Shown: positions 57,957 to 64,000 of the stretch, in pieces
Layout: each line of letters opens with the position of its first letter
Position numbering within the stretch: position 1 is the first letter of the stretch
NCBI RefSeq assembly: GCF_009914755.1
Contig: NC_060941.1
DNA length: 64,000 nt
Strand: one strand, 5' to 3'
Origin: the human T2T-CHM13v2.0 reference genome, Homo sapiens
Notes under the pieces: model-generated
Databases searched by the model: none
What the model was told of the DNA's origin: nothing
Seen by the model: the letters and a program-made list of their open reading frames with translations, nothing else
Program-made: the position numbers and the translations under genes

Positions 57957-60189
57957 GAGATGGACCATATGAGCCTGTGAGTGATGGGGGTGGGAGCCAC
58001 AGGGTGGGGACCATGCAGGAGTGCCCTGCAGGTCCTAGGAAGGTGAAGGAACACAGGCCCCGTTCACCTGGAGAGAAACAGGGCACCATCCTGTCTATTA
58101 ACACCGAAGCCTGGAAGGAGAGGTGGGAGCGATGTCCCAGTTCATCAGGGACTGGAGCCCGAGGATTCCTCCTTCATGCGTGCTGAGGGCTACTGTGGCC
58201 AGCACCGTGCCGGGCATGTCGTGTGTGTTGGCATGACATGTCAGCATGGTGGGCATCAGCAGCCCATTCACAGGTGAGAGAGTGGACACAGAGCCAGGCA
58301 CGGAGGGCACAGTTGTCATGGCCAGTGAGGGAACGATGAGCTTGGAACTCATGTCTAACAAGAAAGCTTTGATTGCATTGGACTCCAGGCCACCTCCTCA
58401 GGAGTTTGGACCCTGAGCCTGAGAGAAGACCAGGCTGACGGCAGGCCAAGCAGGAGCAGCTCTGAATGGATCTCTGGTGTCCCTGGGAGGAAGGAGACCA
58501 CGTTTCAGCCTCCCAGCGTCCTTGGTCCTGCCTTCTGCTCTGTATCAGAGGGCACTGCTGCAGGGCAGGGCCAGTTCTCTTCTAGCTCCCGAGTCATTCC
58601 CGAGGGCCATTCCTGCCCACCCCCTCTGGGGCAACAGGCTGTGGGACCTACACCTGCTCCAGGCAGAGCTATTTCCTGCCCAGTCTGGCCAGCTCTGAGG
58701 GCAGCACGGAGTCTCCCAAGGCTCCAGATCCAGGCTGGGGCATCCCCAGGGAACACGAGAGACACTGGTTCCCCCATAGATGCCTGGTTACCCACAGGAG
58801 AGCAGAGGGCTGACCTGGAGAGGGTGGCCTCAACCTCACAGTGCCCAGGGACAATTCTTAGGCCTCCCAGGACAGATGCTCCCCTTGGGCAATGGTGGTG
58901 CCAAGTGAAAGGAAGATAAGAAGTCAGGAGGAGTGGTGGCTGCTCCCATCTGGCCAAGGTCACGCCATTAGTTGGCTACATTTGCAGGCACAGGCTGGCC
59001 TGATAAACCAGGTAGGGCTTGGGGATGGTGAGACTCTGGTGGATTTTGTGTGTCTTGGAGAGAAGGCACCTGTGGAAGGCTGGGTATCCAGACAGCCCTT
59101 GGGGACATTCTGGCCCCCTTACACAGAAGTGTTCTAAGGACCCCCTGTAGGTTCCCTGTGGCCAGAAGTACCTTCCCTCTGGTGCCCAAGGACCCAGGCT
59201 TTCATGGACCTCCAGGTCCTGAATGTCTTAGGGAATGGGATGAGGCTCAGGCCAAGGAGAAGGTTCTCCTGCTCCTACTCCCTCTCCTGCTCTCCATTCC
59301 CTGCGGGGTCTCTCTCCCTTAGACCCAGCTCTGAGAGCTGCCCATCCCTGTCCCAAAGCCTCCCCTGGTGTGGCCTAGAAGACTATGCCAAACAAGGGCT
59401 GCAAAACAAAGTCCCCATTCTGAGCCGAAACGGGTAGAACAGTAAACAAGTCAAGCAGGCAGGCTCCATGCAGCCAGGGTGGGGGGATATTTTCCCCCTC
59501 TTAGCTGATGTGGAATGTCAAAGAGGCTGAAATAAAAGTTGGAATGACAAGAGGCCAGCCCTAGTGGGGAGTAATTCACAGAGTTACTACCTGGTGGAGG
59601 ATTAGGAGCGTTGCCTGCCTGCCGAGTGGGTACGATGTGTTATTGTCGAAAACACCACATGAAATCCTTGTTTGTGTCAGCTCCAGGAGCATGTTGCTAA
59701 TTTCGAGGAATTAAACTAATGCTTTACGTGGCTCCACAGAATATCAGAGGGGATTACAGCCTGGCAAGTCCTCGCTGACGGCCTTGCTGACCTTTGCCAC
59801 ACAAGGGGACTTTTTTTCTTGTTGCTTTTCCGGTGAAAGGTCCCACACGGAGCTGATACCTGGGCCTGGCACAGCCTGTGGCTCTGAGACCTGGCGTGTG
59901 GGGCCCGTCACGCCTGCCCTGACTGTTGGCTGTGGATCAATCTGGGCCCTCTCACAGCCTCTGTTCCCCGTGTGTGTCGGTCTCCTTGAGGGGAGGAGAG
60001 GTGTGGATCACCTCGGATAAAGTCCCAGGAGCATTCCCCTCTTAACCTCTGATGCGATCTCTTCCAGTCAGCAAGGCATCCTCACTCCCATAGGAAAGAG
60101 ATGAAAGGCAGGCCTACTTGTTCAAGCTAGACCTCATTTGTGCTATATGATGCAGGAGAAAAAACTCCATTTCTCAATCCCTTCCACTG

Positions 60190-60500
60190 GAAGCTTGGAG
60201 CCTTGTTCTGCCACTTCCCGTCTCTGTGAACTTGGGCATCACCTCTCTGAGTCTCTGCAGTCTCATCTGTAAAATGGTTGTAGGAAAACTTTTAGAGTCT
60301 TTGGCCCACCCCTTCCTACCCTGCTAGCTGAGTGACCTTGGGAAAGTTACTTAGCCTCTCTGTGCCTCAGTCATCATCTGTGGAGTGGAGATAATGGCTA
60401 TACCCACCTCTGGCTTGTGATGAGCATAGCAAGCTCACAGATGTCAAAGTTCTTACACAGGGGCCTAGCATGTAGGAGATGCTACGTATGCATTCGTTAT
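60190..60500. mobile_element. MIR fragments in intron 1 (others at ~7325-7495, 22384-22580, 55770-55945)
   Basis: gtgaccttgggaaagttacttagcctctctgtgcctcagt...catctgt is the MIR core. Confidence 0.7.
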
Positions 60501-60633
60501 TATTTTCAAGTGTTTTGCTCCCACTAGATGGTGAGTACATGTTAGTTCTCCTCCCCACAAACCATGGGGTAGGATAGGGAGCCCCTCCTTTCCTCCTTCT
60601 CCCTGTTCAGGCCACTCTCTCTGGCTCTTTCAG

Positions 60634-62154
60634 GAGTGTGAGACCTATGAGAAGTGCTGCCCCAACGTATGTGGGACCAAGAGCTGCGTGGCGGCCCGCT
60701 ACATGGACGTGAAAGGGAAGAAGGGCCCAGTGGGCATGCCCAAGGAGGCCACATGTGACCACTTCATGTGTCTGCAGCAGGGCTCTGAGTGTGACATCTG
60801 GGATGGCCAGCCCGTGTGTAAGTGCAAAGACCGCTGTGAGAAGGAGCCCAGCTTTACCTGCGCCTCGGACGGCCTCACCTACTATAACCGCTGCTACATG
60901 GATGCCGAGGCCTGCTCCAAAGGCATCACACTGGCCGTTGTAACCTGCCGCTATCACTTCACCTGGCCCAACACCAGCCCCCCACCACCTGAGACCACCA
61001 TGCACCCCACCACAGCCTCCCCAGAGACCCCTGAGCTGGACATGGCGGCCCCTGCGCTGCTCAACAACCCTGTGCACCAGTCGGTCACCATGGGTGAGAC
61101 AGTGAGTTTCCTCTGTGATGTGGTGGGCCGGCCCCGGCCTGAGATCACCTGGGAGAAGCAGTTGGAGGATCGGGAGAATGTGGTCATGCGGCCCAACCAT
61201 GTGCGTGGCAACGTGGTGGTCACCAACATTGCCCAGCTGGTCATCTATAACGCCCAGCTGCAGGATGCTGGGATCTACACCTGCACGGCCCGGAACGTGG
61301 CTGGGGTCCTGAGGGCTGATTTCCCGCTGTCGGTGGTCAGGGGTCATCAGGCTGCAGCCACCTCAGAGAGCAGCCCCAATGGCACGGCTTTCCCGGCGGC
61401 CGAGTGCCTGAAGCCCCCAGACAGTGAGGACTGTGGCGAAGAGCAGACCCGCTGGCACTTCGATGCCCAGGCCAACAACTGCCTGACCTTCACCTTCGGC
61501 CACTGCCACCGTAACCTCAACCACTTTGAGACCTATGAGGCCTGCATGCTGGCCTGCATGAGCGGGCCGCTGGCCGCGTGCAGCCTGCCCGCCCTGCAGG
61601 GGCCCTGCAAAGCCTACGCGCCTCGCTGGGCTTACAACAGCCAGACGGGCCAGTGCCAGTCCTTTGTCTATGGTGGCTGCGAGGGCAATGGCAACAACTT
61701 TGAGAGCCGTGAGGCCTGTGAGGAGTCGTGCCCCTTCCCCAGGGGGAACCAGCGCTGTCGGGCCTGCAAGCCTCGGCAGAAGCTCGTTACCAGCTTCTGT
61801 CGCAGCGACTTTGTCATCCTGGGCCGAGTCTCTGAGCTGACCGAGGAGCCTGACTCGGGCCGCGCCCTGGTGACTGTGGATGAGGTCCTAAAGGATGAGA
61901 AAATGGGCCTCAAGTTCCTGGGCCAGGAGCCATTGGAGGTCACTCTGCTTCACGTGGACTGGGCATGCCCCTGCCCCAACGTGACCGTGAGCGAGATGCC
62001 GCTCATCATCATGGGGGAGGTGGACGGCGGCATGGCCATGCTGCGCCCCGATAGCTTTGTGGGCGCATCGAGTGCCCGCCGGGTCAGGAAGCTTCGTGAG
62101 GTCATGCACAAGAAGACCTGTGACGTCCTCAAGGAGTTTCTTGGCTTGCACTGA
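60634..62154 (+). CDS. WFIKKN2: WFIKKN2 coding exon 2: rest of WAP, follistatin/Kazal, Ig, Kunitz 1, Kunitz 2 and NTR domains (506 aa + stop)
   Basis: Polypyrimidine acceptor ctctctctggctctttcAG|GAGTGTGAG is in frame with ORF 60688..62154. Motifs seen: EKCCPNVCGTKSC (WAP), CASDGLTYYNRC (Kazal), DAGIYTC (Ig), FVYGGCEGNGNNF (Kunitz), FCRSDFVI (NTR). 70+506=576 aa, matching the recalled length of WFIKKN2. Confidence 0.97.
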   Translation, partial: ECETYEKCCPNVCGTKSCVAARYMDVKGKKGPVGMPKEATCDHFMCLQQGSECDIWDGQPVCKCKDRCEKEPSFTCASDGLTYYNRCYMDAEACSKGITLAVVTCRYHFTWPNTSPPPPETTMHPTTASPETPELDMAAPALLNNPVHQSVTMGETVSFLCDVVGRPRPEITWEKQLEDRENVVMRPNHVRGNVVVTNIAQLVIYNAQLQDAGIYTCTARNVAGVLRADFPLSVVRGHQAAATSESSPNGTAFPAAECLKPPDSEDCGEEQTRWHFDAQANNCLTFTFGHCHRNLNHFETYEACMLACMSGPLAACSLPALQGPCKAYAPRWAYNSQTGQCQSFVYGGCEGNGNNFESREACEESCPFPRGNQRCRACKPRQKLVTSFCRSDFVILGRVSELTEEPDSGRALVTVDEVLKDEKMGLKFLGQEPLEVTLLHVDWACPCPNVTVSEMPLIIMGEVDGGMAMLRPDSFVGASSARRVRKLREVMHKKTCDVLKEFLGLH

Positions 62155-63172
62155 AGCCCCCCACCCCTCCCTGCCCCCTCCCTGGCCTTCTTCCACCTAT
62201 CCACCCCAATGCCTCTCAGCAAACTGGGCGAGGTCAGATTAGACAGGCTTGGGACAGCAGGGAAACATCAACCGACGTGTCACAGAAAAAGCCACAGAAG
62301 GTCTCAGATCAGCATCTATTCTTTGGGTTCAATAAGGGGTTCATATCTTTTTTAGCTGAGGGGGACAAGAGGAGAAGTCAGTGGACACATGGAAGTTACT
62401 CGTGACCACCAGCTTGCTCAGATATTCTCCTCCTCCCCTCACTGGCCCCACACCCCTGGCTCTCCCAGTCACCCTCCCCTAGCCAGTCTCCCAGCAAGGG
62501 TTTAAGAGATGGCCGCTGTGTGCTGGTCACAGGAAGTGTTGAATGGATTGGCTTGCAAAGGGGGTAGGTGGGGAGAGATAGGAGGGCCCAGGGACTCATG
62601 GGACACCTTTCCCACAGCCTCCTCGATTGCTGTGAGCAGAGGCCACTCGGAGTTAGGGGCATGGGCAATAGCAAGCTGGCGGCAGAGTCCAGCCCAGCAT
62701 ATGACTTGCCCTGAATGGAAGCTGCTGAAACGGGTGCCTTTGGGTGGTGGTCGGCTTGCCTCTGAGGCCACCACGGCACCAGCAGAATACGTATTTCTTC
62801 TCCTTGGCTGCATTGGTTTGTCGATCTAGTTCAGTTCAACTCAGTGGATGTTCTCTGAATGCTTACTGGGTGCCAGGACCACAGAGAGATGTTAGTCACT
62901 GCCCAGTTCTTAGAGCCCCAACACAGATACCCTCATCCCAGGGCCCCCAGACACACCCCTCCGCTGGACTCACAACTGTCTGGAGTTTCTGTCTGATGGA
63001 TGGTGTGCTTTCATATGCCACTGGCTTCCTTGGACATAGATCAGACAAAAGCCCCGGGATCTGTTTGGTAGCAGGAGAAATGAAGGAAGATGAAAAAGCA
63101 GGCAGGGAAGGGGGTAGTAAAGGACTGAGAGAGGAGGGAGGTGGCTGGAGAAGGAAAAGGAACATTGCTCGA

Positions 63173-63188
63173 TGCTCCCATCTGGTGG
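63173..63188 (-). promoter_or_regulatory. Candidate reverse-oriented CTCF site in the WFIKKN2 3' UTR
   Basis: Reverse complement reads CCACCAGATGGGAGCA. Confidence 0.4.
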
Positions 63189-63462
63189 CGGCCTCAGGAA
63201 CCCACGGGAACCTGGAAGGAGGCTCTTTGTGAGACCTGGGCAAAGGATGGGGCAGCTCGTCGATGATTTTTTTGTGTTTCCAGGCTTCCTGTGTGATCCT
63301 GGCCCTCCGGCCGCTAGAGAGAGGATTGGGAAACCCCACTGTCAGCTCTGCATCTGCCCCCACTACCCTCCTCTGCCCTATTCTGTCCCTGCCCCTCCAA
63401 GCTGAAGAAGGTCCTTGTGGGGCGTCCTCATTTCTTCCTCAAATATAAGGAGGAAGATACCA

Positions 63463-63512
63463 ATTAAAAGCTCATAGTATCAACTGCCCTTCTTGTGTGA
63501 TTCGTTTGGGTT
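63463..63512 (+). terminator. WFIKKN2 polyadenylation signal (ATTAAA) with downstream GT-rich element; 3' UTR ~62155-63490
   Basis: ATTAAA at 63463-63468, then tcttgtgtgattcgtttgggtt at 63491-63512, then a G-rich tract. Confidence 0.7.
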
Positions 63513-64000
63513 ATGATGGGGGAGGGAGGGAGGTGGGTAGTGTCATTTGCTTTGGTGACCTTACAAGAGGGAAGTCTGGCCACTGGGAGCATCTTTGGGG
63601 GATGGAGAGATGCTGGTAATATGTGGGCCCCTTTTGCAGCTCCAAGGCCCCTTAACTGATGCTCAGCTCAGCTCCGTGAGTTAAGCTGAGGTCAGAGAGG
63701 TGAGGTGACTTGCCAAGAACACAAAGGCAGGAAGGGGTGGGTGGCCCAGCCCAGGTGTTCTGATCTGTAACCTGCTCTCACCCCAGCGTGACAGCACAGT
63801 TGGTCAGGTGCAGTGTCCAGACCCTTCCACCAATGGTGTCAAGTTCAGAGGCGAGAAGGTGGAGGAGATGGGAATGGAGCAGGCAAGGACAGCTGCCAGC
63901 TGTGACTCACTAGGGGGCCTCTAGGTGAGGCCTGGTCCCAGGAAGACTGTGTCAAAGCCCTAGGTAAGGTCAGGGTGTGGGGCTTGGTTCCCAGAATGGG

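Noticed and set aside
57148-58104. Long minus-strand ORFs (318 aa SGPHSPGP repeats; 257 aa LLDPTHLVHLT repeats)
   Set aside because: They are by-products of a 39-bp (multiple of 3) repeat lacking antisense stops. There is no independent promoter or homology evidence.
60609-60610. Alternative acceptor AG 23 nt upstream of exon 2
   Set aside because: It would shift the frame, and there is no evidence of use from sequence alone.
60607-61347. 246-aa antisense ORF over exon 2
   Set aside because: It is a typical shadow ORF of GC3-rich coding sequence.
60688-62154. 488-aa ORF as a stand-alone gene
   Set aside because: It starts at a GTG inside exon 2. The true frame begins at acceptor 60634 and joins exon 1.

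Overview
Human genomic DNA. The only protein-coding gene is WFIKKN2 (GASP-1), which from established knowledge places the window at chr17q21.33. The first ~53 kb is intergenic and saturated with Alus, MaLR LTRs (MLT1/MST), old L1/L2/MIR fragments, a solo ERV1 LTR and microsatellites. It also holds a minus-strand S100A10 processed copy with an uninterrupted ORF, a small young L1PA 3' fragment with a perfect TSD, an orphan CpG-rich segment shaped like a polyadenylated retrocopy of unknown parent, and a ~220-bp inverted duplication of unique sequence. The last ~10.6 kb is Alu-free and holds WFIKKN2: TATA at 56797, coding exon 1 at 57079-57288, coding exon 2 at 60634-62154 (576 aa in total), and a poly(A) signal at 63463. 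The most striking structure is in intron 1. It is a 15-unit, 39-bp minisatellite built from the gene's own exon1/intron1 junction, so it forms a phased array of consensus CAG|GTGAGT 5' splice sites in frame with exon 2, carrying strong-Kozak ATGs and periodic stop codons. Repeat subfamily names and reference-protein comparisons are from memory, not from searches, and repeat boundaries are approximate.
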